Shown piece by piece: positions 53,312 through 64,000 of a stretch of DNA of 64,000 bases. A program made the translations under genes and the position numbers. Numbering within the stretch: the stretch's first letter is position 1; each line of letters begins with the position of its first letter. Where the stretch lies: positions 8,744,001-8,808,000 of the forward strand of contig CM052816.1 in assembly GCA_028534125.1 (NCBI GenBank), read 5' to 3'. The DNA is from Lama glama (lineage: Eukaryota). The notes beneath the pieces were generated by a model. The model had not been told where the DNA came from, did not search any database, and was given only the letters and a program-made list of their open reading frames with translations.

Positions 53312-53751
53312 TGGTGTGGGTTGAATTGTGTCTTTCCTCCAAAGATGCTGAAGTCCTAACTCCCAGTATCTGTGAATGTGACCTTGTTTGGAAAGAGAGT
53401 CACTACAGATGATGACGTTAAGATGAGGTCATTAGATTGGGCCCTCATCCGGTACAACTGGTGTTCTCATGAAAGAGGAGGAATTTGGACACAGAGACAG
53501 CACACAGGGAGAAGGGCATGTGAAAATGAAGGCAGAGATCAGGGTGATGAGTCTAAAAACCAAGGAAGGTCAAAGACTGCCAGCAAACCCCAGAAGCTAA
53601 GAGATAGGCCTGGATCTGATTCTCCCCACAGCCCTCAGAAGGAACCTACCCTGCTGACACCTGGATTTCAGACTCAGCCTCCAGAAAGATACACTTTTGT
53701 TGTTTAAGCCACCCAGTTTGTTTGTTACAATAGCCCTAACAAACTATCACA
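53312..53751 (+). mobile_element. MLT1 (MaLR) solo LTR nested in a MIR
   Basis: TG...CA ends, gtgaatgtgaccttgtttggaaa motif, 5-bp TSD gatgg/ggtgg; MIR-like sequence on both sides. Confidence 0.85.
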
Positions 53752-56616
53752 GGTGGGGACTGTTTTTATTCACATGTTGCAAACAGGAAACTGAAACTTG
53801 AGTCTGCCAGGGCTTTAGAGAGAGCTAGGGAACTGAGGTGGGATCAGCAGAGTTCCCAAGGGGCTGTTTGTTCCCTGACATTTGAGCAGAAGCCCCCTAC
53901 CGCCGTCCCCCCACCGTGGGTGTCCGCTCCTATAGCAGCAGGAAGTTTCACACCCAAGCTCAGCTCTCTGTTGCCTTAAGGCCTGAAGAAGGAAGTCAGT
54001 GGCTGGGGAAAGGAGCTGCCAATACAGACCCAAGGCTGCAGGGTGGAGGGGCAGAGGCCTGACATGCATGGGGGCATCTGGCTTGAGGATGAAGGAGCCA
54101 CCAGAACAGCCCGTGTCCACATGTCCTCTCTTTACTCTTCAAAGTCCTTAACAGACCTCTGGTGGAGGTGAGGACCCTGCCAAGGCCACAGCACAGAACA
54201 GCATGGGCCCAGCCAGGAAAGGAAAGGGTCTTTTTGTCTAGAGGGTGTGGAGATGTGGTGAAGAGGGACCAGGTACACCAGTGTTCAAATTCTGTTTTCT
54301 TCGTTCACTGACTGGGGAAATAATGATATTACAGCCTTACCTTATAAAGTAGTGGCAATTAAAAAAAACCCTCACCCGGCACAGCCCCTGGCACAGACCA
54401 AGGGCACAGTGTTAGTGGCTGTTTTAATAACTGTTATAGGAATGACCCTGAGCAAATCCTGAGAATAAACATGGTGTGGCGAGAATGATGTCTCTGTCCT
54501 GTACAGAGAGGCAGAGCTGGGGCAGCCAGCTAGCAGGCCTGGGTGCCCCCTGGCTCTGCCACAAATCCCTGGGTGAACTTGACTGAGTCCAAGGGAGGCT
54601 GGGGGAGCCGGCTTTCGGCTTTTGCAGCCTCTGTAGTAGGAGGCTGGAAGAAAAGGGGGCCCCTGTCAATTCTCCAATGTTCAAGGCCAGGGCTTTGCCG
54701 GCATCCGGGGCTCTGAATAGCTGCCAGCAGGATGGGGTTCAGAGGCCTTCCTCTGGGTGCCAGAAAGAGTGGGGTTTTCCGGGAGCCAATGTTTCTGGGT
54801 TTAGCTTGTTCCCCAGATGGGGTGTGGTGGAGGGGCTGAACTTGGCAGACTTGGTCTTGGCTCATCCTGGACTCGCATTAGAATGCTTTGCCTCTTTGGG
54901 GCCTCATATCTCCCCACATGTAAACTAACTGTTCCTTTCCAGTGATAAAATCCTGGATTTTCTTTCCTACCTCAAATGACAGTAGGTACTTACTGAGTGA
55001 TTACTGTGTACCAGGGGCACAGCTTTTCACACACTTTATCAGCTTAAACCTCACAGCTCTAGGAGGCAGCTACTATTACTCTCCCATTCTGCAGATGAGG
55101 ACATTGGGGATCAGAGAGGCAGATTACCGTCCCTGAGGTCACACAGCTGGTAACCAACAGAGGTGGGATTTATGCTTTTGTAATTTTGTCTAGGAGCTTG
55201 CTTCCCGCCCCAGCCCTCTCTGCTCTCCCATTCTCACACACTGGGTGTAACTGGGCCCTTTTCCTGAGCACATTCACCAGAAATGCCTCCTCTTTGACTA
55301 ATTTTTAAAGATGGTGTTAAGAACACAGTGGAAGGAAGTTGTGCCAGAGCCATGACTCATCATGGGAAGAAGGCAGTCAAGGGATGGTGTGGTTTTAATA
55401 TGCGTGCTGCCTGACCAGGCGCAGGCCCCACTCCCCTCCTGCCCTCGCCCCACCCAGCCCCACTCTGAGCACTGGCCACAGCGCTGACCGGCCTGGGAAG
55501 GGATGCAGCGCTGGCTGTAACGCGGGCCCTCCCCTGCCCAGGGTCAACCCGGTGCTCCAGTTTACCAGGACCAGGCCTCCCAAGGAACGAGGCCCCCCGG
55601 GTTGCAGGCTCCCGACTGACTGCTGCCTGATGCTGTGTGTTTACCTGGCACCAGGCTCTCCTGACACCCTCTGATGCCTTCAGGTATGCTCTTTCTCAAA
55701 GGGCCTGCCCGGCCTGGAGGTGTGTCTGGTGTCTGGACCCTGCAGCCCACCCAGCCCTGCATTGGGCAGTCTCTCTAAAGAAGGTTTCCTGCACTGAGTT
55801 CCACAGCTGGTCCAAGCTAGATCCACGGTGCCCGGCCCACAGCCACACTTGTCAGCCTGCTCACATTTGATTTATTGAAAATGCCATGAAATATTTGAAT
55901 TGTCCAGCACTCCCTGTGCTGGCCCCATGTTACCCTCCTACCATGTCATTTCCTGGAGCCACTGCCACAAGGGTATGTGTGTGCATCCTGGCTCATCACT
56001 CAGGATTCTGAGAAGACCGAGAAGAGAATCCATGCTCTGGGCTGGTCAGAAACTGCCTGGTTTCTATGGTGACAAAGCGTGTGGCACTGGTGCGTGTGAG
56101 CACCTGGCAGAGCGTGGCTCTGGGAAAGCCTCTCTAGTCCTCACAGGCATCTGAGCACAGTGACACAGCACCCCAGAAGCCCGGCACAACATCGAGCTCG
56201 GGCCAAAGGGCGAGAGAACCCGCAGTTTGGTTTTGGGGAGCTGACATATTCAGCCCTGCTCATGAAGGAAGCTTGTGGAAAATATTGGAGGAAAAAACCT
56301 GAGATTCTTTCTCCAGGGATATGAAACACACACAAATCAAATGCCGCAAGTGAAAATGAGTGTTCTGAATTAGTTACCACAATTTAAAAGTAAAATTCAC
56401 ATTAAAATGTGGATTTTTGTTTTCTTTTGAAAAACTGGAGAATCTGGCAGCACTGGGCTCTTGTGTGGAAAAATTCGAAGCAGCTGAGGGTCCTCACCCT
56501 GACTTAGCCCTAAGCTCTTCACTTAGGATCTTTCTAACTGTGGCCCATTCTCCTTATGCCTAGCCCACTTCACTCTTTTCTGTTGTCTGCCGCCTTCCAC
56601 AGGTGGGAGAATTTTT

Positions 56617-56747
56617 TTTTCCATCTTTTTTTGGAAGGGAGGAAGTAATTATTTATTTACTTATTTTAACGGAGGTACTGGGGATTGAACCCAGGACCTT
56701 GTGCATGCTAAGCACACACTCTACCACTTGAGCTATGCACTCCCACT
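56617..56747 (-). mobile_element. Vic-1 type SINE with 14-bp TSD
   Basis: tRNA-like head on the minus strand; TSD gtgggagaattttt (56603-56616) / gtgggcgaattttt (56748-56761). Confidence 0.9.
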
Positions 56748-57121
56748 GTGGGCGAATTTTTAACGTCTATGTAGTCCAACTGTCAAAATAAGTCCAATAA
56801 TTTGAGGAAGCCATGCACACTCTGACCTGCTCTTGTTCATGCACAGACCACATGAACATTTAAGGCTCTGAGAAGTCCTGCAATTTCATAGAGGTCCCCA
56901 TCTGACATAATGGGTGTCTCCCCCAGACAAAGAGTGGATGCCTCCTCAGACAGTCCCTGTGTCTTTGGGGCAGCCCCCTGGGGCAGCCTGACCCTCCTCC
57001 CCTTCCCTGCCCCCATCCCAAGCCAGGGTTGATGCTTTGGCATCTTCTCAGAGCACTGGGCAGGTCTCAATGAACTGCCTGAGGTGCACCTGTGTGATGT
57101 GGGGGATGCTGCCTGCCTGTT

Positions 57122-57355
57122 TGACTCACAGAGACAGAGACAAAAGGAGATCAGGTGACAAACTTCAAACCCAGAGCCACTGAGTCAGTGTCTTACCCCC
57201 TGCCTTGACCTTGGCCTGGGCGTCCCTTCACAAGCCTGGATAATGCCAGTATCCTAAGAGCTATCAGTAATTAAGATCTCTTCCTCAGGACCACTGACCA
57301 CTGATTTCAGGCCCCTCCCAGGCTGCGTGCTGTGTTAGGTAGGAGCGCTGACTCA
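57122..57355. promoter_or_regulatory. Cluster of three AP-1 sites, candidate enhancer
   Basis: TGACTCA 57122, TGAGTCA 57181, TGACTCA 57349. Confidence 0.55.
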
Positions 57356-59039
57356 GGCCACGCCAGCACCCAAAGCAACTCTAGAGATCACCCCATCCAG
57401 TCTAGTTCTTTCATGTCAGCTTGGCGATGGCTTCCTGGAGGGCACTGTCGATTCTGAGTGAGTCTGATTCAGCACTCAGCTCAGTGAACAGGTAACGCTA
57501 TGATCCATTGGTAACACTGGCCATGGTTGGAAAGGAAAGAGTGGTGGGTTTGCTCCAGGTTAACATCCTGGCTCTTGTCTGTGGATTAGTTCAGAGACCC
57601 TTCCTGGGGTTGCAGGGAGACTATAAGAGGGAGCTGGGCTCTCCAGGCTATCAAGGGAGCTGAGGCGTGAAGGAGACAGCTGAGGGCACAGCCATCTGGG
57701 AGGACCTTGTCCAAGCCAGCCTCAGAGTGCCTGCCACTCCCCGAGCCGCCTTCTTAGGAGCAGTCATGTTGGTGCCGTGTGACTGCACTTTCCTGGTTAC
57801 AGCCGATTAGACTGCACTTGGGGGCTGGGGGCCCAGTCTGTAGGGTAATTCGCCAGCCTTTGAGTAGCCCGGCGGGAAAATGAACTGGACCGAGTAGATC
57901 TCCTAGGGAATGTAAATCGAAGGCAAAGAGCAGAACAGTTTCCGCCACAAAAACCGAAGCGGATCCACAAACAGAATTGCAGGGAGGAGAGAAGCCGCGG
58001 GAGGGTCAGTGATGCACCCGGGAGTGACACCGCCAGTTCCTGCAGCTGACACGTCAGTGCTGGGAGTCACCCTAGGCCAGGGTGTGTAGGGGCAAAAGCC
58101 ATGCTTGCCGGTTTATCCACAATCAGTTCCCTATAACCTACAGATTCAGATTCTGGCCAAAGGGGCTTCTCCTTCCCCAAGGGCTGGGCTGTCCGGGTGG
58201 GCTCCGGAGGGCAGGTCAGCAAGGTCATGGGTGGGATTGGTCACAGTGACAGCCAACTGCAAGTAGAACTCACACCAGACGGATTCCTGGGCCATGACGG
58301 GCACAGCACCTGCCCTGTGACACCTGCCCTCACTTTCAGGGCCTAGTAAAGCTCTCCATCTCGGGAAGGGATGGAATTGGGGCTTAAGACAACCTGTGTG
58401 AATTCATCATTGGCTGCAGCCTGGTTTTAGTCTTTCACGACTTCAATAAACCTTGATAATGAGCAGATAAGAGCCTGGGCTCTCTAGCCAATCACCTGGA
58501 TTTGCCACTTACCGTCAGCATGACTTTGGGCAAATCATGTAAATTCCCTGTGCCTCAGCTTCCTCAGCTGTGAAATGGGGGCAGGGATGACACCACTGGG
58601 ATAAAGGTAAACACTGAGAATAAGGCCTGGCACAAAGTAAGGGCTACTGAATGTCAGGCCCTGTGCCAGGCGCTGAGGGTACCAAGAGATTTGGCCCCAG
58701 CACTCGCCAAGCCTGAAATCTAGAATTCAGTGGCCGCTGAGGGCTCCTGCCCACCCTGGGCCTCCATGCTGTGGGGAAACTGGTCTCTTCTGGGCCTGAT
58801 CTCGCCAGCCTTGGTGAGACTGACATCTGCCCCTGCAGGTCCAGTCCTGCTTCAACCCTCCCGCCCAGCTGGCTCTCATGTCCTGGCCAGGCCTGGCAGT
58901 GGCCAAGCCTGTGCTCCAGGGGAGGGAGGCATTCAGGGCTGGGGGTGGGAGGAAGAAACACTACCACCACCGGAGCAGCTGTGGGGCTTCCTTCTGCTGA
59001 GTGGCCATGGTGTGGCGGGTACACGCTTATGGAAATCCC

Positions 59040-59491
59040 TGTGTCCATTTCCTAGGGCTGCTGTAACAAATTACCACCAACCCGTGGCTTAAAACAACAG
59101 AAATTTATTTCCTCACAACTCCCGAGGCCAAAAGTCCAAAATGAAGGCGTCAGTTGGGCCATGCTTCTTCCAAAGGCTCTAGGGGGAGAATCCTTCCTCG
59201 CTGCTTCCGGCCTCTGGCAGCTTCTGGCGTTTGTTGGCTCACGGCAGCATCACCTCCGTCTCTGTCTCGGTCTTCACACAGCCTTTGCTCTGTGGGTGTC
59301 TGTGTTTTGTCTCTGTGTCCAAATTTTCCATAAGGACTCTAGTCATATTAGGTTTACGGCCCACCCTAATCCAGTATGACCTCAAGGGAAGAACCTTGAT
59401 TACATCTGCCAAGACCCTATTCCCAAATAAGGTCACATTCACAGCTGCCAGTGGTTGTAAATTGTAAAGGGACACTATTCAACCCAGTACA
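59040..59491 (-). mobile_element. MLT1 (MaLR) solo LTR
   Basis: cctagggctgctgtaacaaattaccac...ggcttaaaacaacagaaatttatt...ttcccaaataaggtcacattcaca; TSD atccc/attcc. Confidence 0.85.
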
Positions 59492-60008
59492 ATTCCTTAG
59501 GCATCCCCTATCAGAATGAATTTGGTGCACTTTCCCCCATTTTACAGATGAGAAAACTAAGGCACAGACCAGCCCAAGGCCATATAGCAAGCAGGACTTC
59601 AAACCCTGCTCTCTGACCTACAAAAGGCCTCTGAGTCCTTAACAGTGACCAGACGCTAGGGCGCTGGAGGAGGGACTGGAGACACGTGTATGAGGAAGAA
59701 GGAAGCAACAGTAGGAAATCCTTCTCAGGGCAATGTCCAAGGCTGCTTATCAGCCCAGGGACTGGACCTCAGCCTCCCAGCCCTCCTCCCCTCTTCCTCT
59801 AGCCCCACCACCCTCAGTCCTTCCCCGCAGCAGGCAGGGAACAGCTTAGCCTGATGCTCTGCTGAGGTCTGTTCTGTGCTGATCTGACCGGAATAAGCCA
59901 GCAGCAGCTCAGGAGGCAAAGCTGGAAGGAATGTTTATCTGGGGCCAACAGAAGGGAGAGAGCTGGAGCCCACAGCCAGAGCCCTTTGCCTAAGAAGGGC
60001 CCCTATCT

Positions 60009-60009
60009 C

Positions 60010-60049
<40 letters not shown>
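60009..60049. repeat. (TG)n microsatellite with one interruption
   Basis: Directly visible. Confidence 0.92.
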
Positions 60050-60050
<1 letters not shown>

Positions 60051-62974
60051 GACTGGAGGCCCAGCAGAGTGCTGTGACCCAGCCCTGCTGCCTGTCCTGA
60101 GGCTCTGCCAGAGCTGAACAGCTGCTGATTCTGACCACAGGAGTGTGTTCATTAGGGAGGGAGGGCCCTAAGAGACATCCCAGCCCAGGAGTATGAAATA
60201 AATGGCGGGTCTACTCCCAAACTCCCTTCCTCTGAATCATCCCCGCCACAGTGCCCTACAGCTACTGTTGATCGATTGGAGCTGGCAGAAGAGATAAAGA
60301 TTGCCCTGTTGCTCCAACTCCAGACCCAGGCTCAGACCTTCTATGACGTCTCCCCGAGGGGTTGAAGAACCCCCTCCAGGTCCTAGGGCTTGAAGACAGA
60401 AGCAGGCCAGGGCCAGATCTCCCAATCTGGATCCCAGGCCCTTTTCCATGACACTCAGATTTATTACATAGGGTGACACCCAAGCCTTCCCGTCTTCCCG
60501 CTCCCCATGAATCATCCCTGGCTGCCTCCGAGAACCAGGCAGTCTCAGCTGCTGAGACTGCAGCCCTGGCGCTGGCATCCGATGACAGCTGCTGCTGCTG
60601 CTGCAGGGCCCACCCTGCCCTAGGCCGGCGGTCTGGTTGGCAGGGAAGCACAGAATGGTTCTGAAGTACAGGTAGGGGCGTGCCCAGTCAAGAGAGTTCA
60701 AGGAGGGAATTCTGGGCAGAAGAATCCGCACGTGCAGAGGGCCAGACAGAGCTGAAGGGACAAGGGAGGGTGGGGTAGGGGCTGAAGGGGCTGGGAGGCG
60801 GCAGCCATCCTCATGGTTTCAATGACATGACGCCATTGTCCACAAGACCTGGATTCTGATCTTGGCTTAGTCACAGTCTGGCTGTGGTGCCTGGAGCAAG
60901 TCCTTGCCCATCTGTACAGTAGGGACGCAGAACCCCGGTGCTCACATAGGCCATTCCTGCCCTGTCAAGGGTCCCCAGTGCACTCCTCACTGTCCCAGCT
61001 GGTGGAGGGGACCAGATGCAGAGAGAGGCTCAGCCTGGCTGGGAGCTAGCTCAGCTGTCCCTGGGCTTCTGCACGGCCCAACACAGGATTGGGGTGGGGA
61101 GAGGGACACTATATCCTTCTCACCATTATGCGCTGGGGCAGGAGGCAGCTTGGCAAAGGGTACCAGCCACCACACACTGCTCTGACCCTGGGTGAGTCAT
61201 GCAGCTTCTCTGGACCCTCCCCTCCCTAGGGCAACAGACCACTGGCCAGGGACCTGAGGCCCTGGCAGCTGGTGGGGCAGCTGGAGCCAGGGAGGGGGGT
61301 ATGCCGGCACAGCCGAGGAATGTGTTTACTTCCCCCTGTGCTGGGAGGAAACTGAGCAAGGCCCCTACTGGATTCCTTCCCAGGCAGGCCAGCAGGCCTC
61401 TCTGTCTCCTCCCAAGGCTGGCCACATTGTTCTGGGCAGCCCCTCCTACCAGCCACATTTCAGGGCTCTCCTGTCTCACTTTATTGTTTCATAGTTAAAC
61501 CTGTACCAGCTGGGGCCACCCACTGGTGTCTGGCCCTCGGCTTGGAACCAGGACCCTCTCTCCCCCAGCTACGTGTCTAACCACTGTGATGCCCCTGACA
61601 AGTTCCTGGCCTTCTCTGGCCTCAGTTTCCCCTTTCTATCATGCAGAGATGTGATGAGGTAAGAAGCTCTGACAGACCCTTCAGGCCCAGGTCAGGGCCT
61701 CCATGAGATGTCCTGGGAAGGCAGGGTGATCTGATGGGAATCATGGGTGATAGTTCATTCAGTAAGGTTTCAGTGCCTGAATGTGCCAGGCTTTGTTTGA
61801 GGTACTGACAGTCCAGCAGCAAACAAGACAGATGCAATCTCTGGCCTCAGTGAGGGAGACAGTTGAAAAAACACGTAATCGTGGTGAAAAGCAGACCCCC
61901 TGCTAACAAGCTATCAGAGAGGGAAGAGATGGAGGGTCAGGGAAGTCCTTGCCCAGGCGGTGACATTTAAGTAGAGGTGTGGAGGAGGAGATGGTGCCAG
62001 TGTCACCATGGAAGAACACTCAGGCTGCAGAGCCAGACTGTCTCAAGGAGTGAGGAGGCAAGACTGGTGGGGGACATATAGTCAAGGAACTGACTCTACC
62101 ATTAGAGGCCCTGGGACCTTAGAAAGTGCCCTTGATCTCCCTCCCCAAGGCTCACTGTTATCATCCGCAAATTAGCCGAAATATCTAACTTGCAAGGATT
62201 TAATTACATAGTGTCCCCTGCTTATTTCAGTGGTTTATGAAGAATACATCCTTAATAAATGGCAGCAAAGTATCTAGTTATGCCCTGTGCATATATAATT
62301 TATAACTATTGGTCTGATTATATTTTATAATCCAGTCCTCTTTTTCTTTTTCCTTCTGCTCCTATTTTTAATTTGGAATTTCATGCTACATTTTTTGTAT
62401 TCCTTTAAATTTCTGTAAAGAGGACATTATTATTATTATTATTACAAATAATAGTAATAAAATAAGAGTGTGAGAGAAAGTATGTAAGCTGCTAGGCAAA
62501 TGTGAAGCATTCTTAACAAGTATTTCAAGTGTCTCAAGCTGCATTGGTATATAATACATTGCACCACAGATCCAAAAGATCCTTGCAAATCGTCACCCAT
62601 GTGCCAAGGAGCTGTGGACATTAAGTCTCTTGTCCCATGGGGCTCTGGGAAATGGCACAAGGGATGCACTGGAAGAAGGCAGGCCTTGCAAGGAAGAGAG
62701 AGAGCCAGTAAGAGAAGCCCTGGGTGCCCTGAGCTCTGTCAGCAGAACTCTGGTTGACCGTCCTAAGGGAGAGAACTTGGCTGTATGCAGACTGAATGAA
62801 AGAAGATGGGGAAGAAGTTTCTAACACATTCCTAACAATTCAATTCCAAAGATGAAATGATCTTGACAGGTAGTAATTGTGTGAGCTGTACAAATATCCT
62901 TTAAGCAATGGATGGGAGATGGTATGGCGGGGGGTGGTGGTGAAGGATATGGGAAAGTTGGAAGAGATAATGTC

Positions 62975-63370
62975 ATCAATTAGGTTCAGATCTGACTACA
63001 GGAAACACAAGTTCAAAACTGTGGCTTACACAATATGGACACTTATTTCTCTCTCCCATGAAAGTATAAAGACGGGTCTAAGGCTGGTGTGGTGGTTCTA
63101 CTCTGCTTAACCCTCTGGTTCACACCCACCTTCCCATGGTATGGCCCTCATCTACATTGGTACAAAATGGTGGCCGTCATTCCCACGTTCCAGGAAGCAA
63201 GATGGAAGAAGAAACAGAATCAGAAAGGTGAAGGGACAAAGATGGAAAGGGCAGAGGAAGACTCTCAGAAGCCATATCTCACTGGCCAGAACTTAGTCAC
63301 TTGGCCATGTCCAGTGGCAAAGGAGGATGGGAAACGTAGTCTTTATACTGGGTAGTCATGGTTCCCCCTA
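62975..63370 (-). mobile_element. Old MLT1(J-like) LTR remnant
   Basis: gtggcttacacaatatggacacttatttctctctc...ctcactggccagaacttagtcacttggccatgtcc; boundaries approximate. Confidence 0.6.
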
Positions 63371-64000
63371 ATAAGTCCACCTGTGGAAGGAGAGAATTAA
63401 TGTTAAGGAGTAATCAGGATGGTGCTTCCGATCTCCTTCAGCTCTAAAAGTCCATGAGTTTGTGATTCTTGACCCTCTATCACCCTCTACCCAAGGTCTG
63501 AACCCTTGCTTTTGACCCAGAGTGGATATCTGAGTGGAACAGGATGAGACTGCTAAGGGAAGGCAGGGAAGGCTCACAGAAATGCTATATTAGAGAGGAG
63601 ACTGCCTCTCTGTTCTCCATGCTGACTGAGCACCATCCCTGATATTTGGAAGCCTCTCAGGGAAGCCATGACCTCTGCAGCCTACAGAATTGCCTTTCCT
63701 TGGGGCAATGAAATGTTCTGTTCTCAGCTTTCACAGGTGGGCAACCTACTAAATGAGCACTTGAAGGATGTTTCCATATCTATCCCAAAATGGAGGGAAG
63801 CTGCGGTGCACTATGTCAGGAAATGCCCTGGATTTACCTGTTTGTGCGAAGGGATCCTTTCTGGAATTCAGAATCAGGAAAATGCTTATCTCCAGCTGAG
63901 TTCACATGATTTTCTTTCTCTGTTAACACATCAGATAACGCAGTGGCCTTCTGTTGTGTTTGCTGCCTTAGCATTATGACTCCTCTTCCTCCTTTTGGTT

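Noticed and set aside
49584..61498. Many overlapping 60-196 aa ORFs on both strands
   Set aside because: No recognisable domain or consistent exon structure; expected from high GC; several lie in MLT1 or MIR repeats.
36700..64000. MIR143/MIR145 hairpins expected from synteny
   Set aside because: I did not find the mature sequences on either strand; ggattcctggg at 58281 is only a partial match. They probably lie beyond the window.
1..64000. Prokaryotic systems (CRISPR arrays, operons, defence islands)
   Set aside because: The sequence is intron-containing mammalian DNA; the short tandem repeats have no spacers.

Overview
Mammalian genomic DNA, most likely a camelid (alpaca or camel), inferred from tRNA-Ala-derived Vic-1-type SINEs. 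Positions ~1-36.7 kb hold the 3' part of CSNK1A1 (casein kinase 1 alpha) on the + strand: exons 3-10, the 84-nt alternative 'L' cassette exon, the 36-nt 'S' extension selected through a GC/GT donor pair, and a long 3'UTR with several poly(A) signals. Exons 1-2 lie upstream of the window. The 500-N gap in the 3'UTR looks like an assembly artefact because its flanks overlap by 32 bp. The rest is intergenic: TE-rich, turning GC-rich after ~47.5 kb, with clustered AP-1 sites and CpG-retaining patches suggestive of enhancers. The most interesting signal is a long-range RNA duplex of about 20 bp (14657-14680 with 16151-16177). It would loop out ~1.5 kb of intron and close next to a candidate branch point of the NLS-encoding L exon. 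It comes with a nested helix, RBFOX motifs, a C/D-box-like element and a downstream poison or recursive splice site, which together suggest a structure-based splicing switch. TE family names are from recall, not a database search. Apart from ORFs overlapping the CSNK1A1 exons, the supplied ORFs look spurious.
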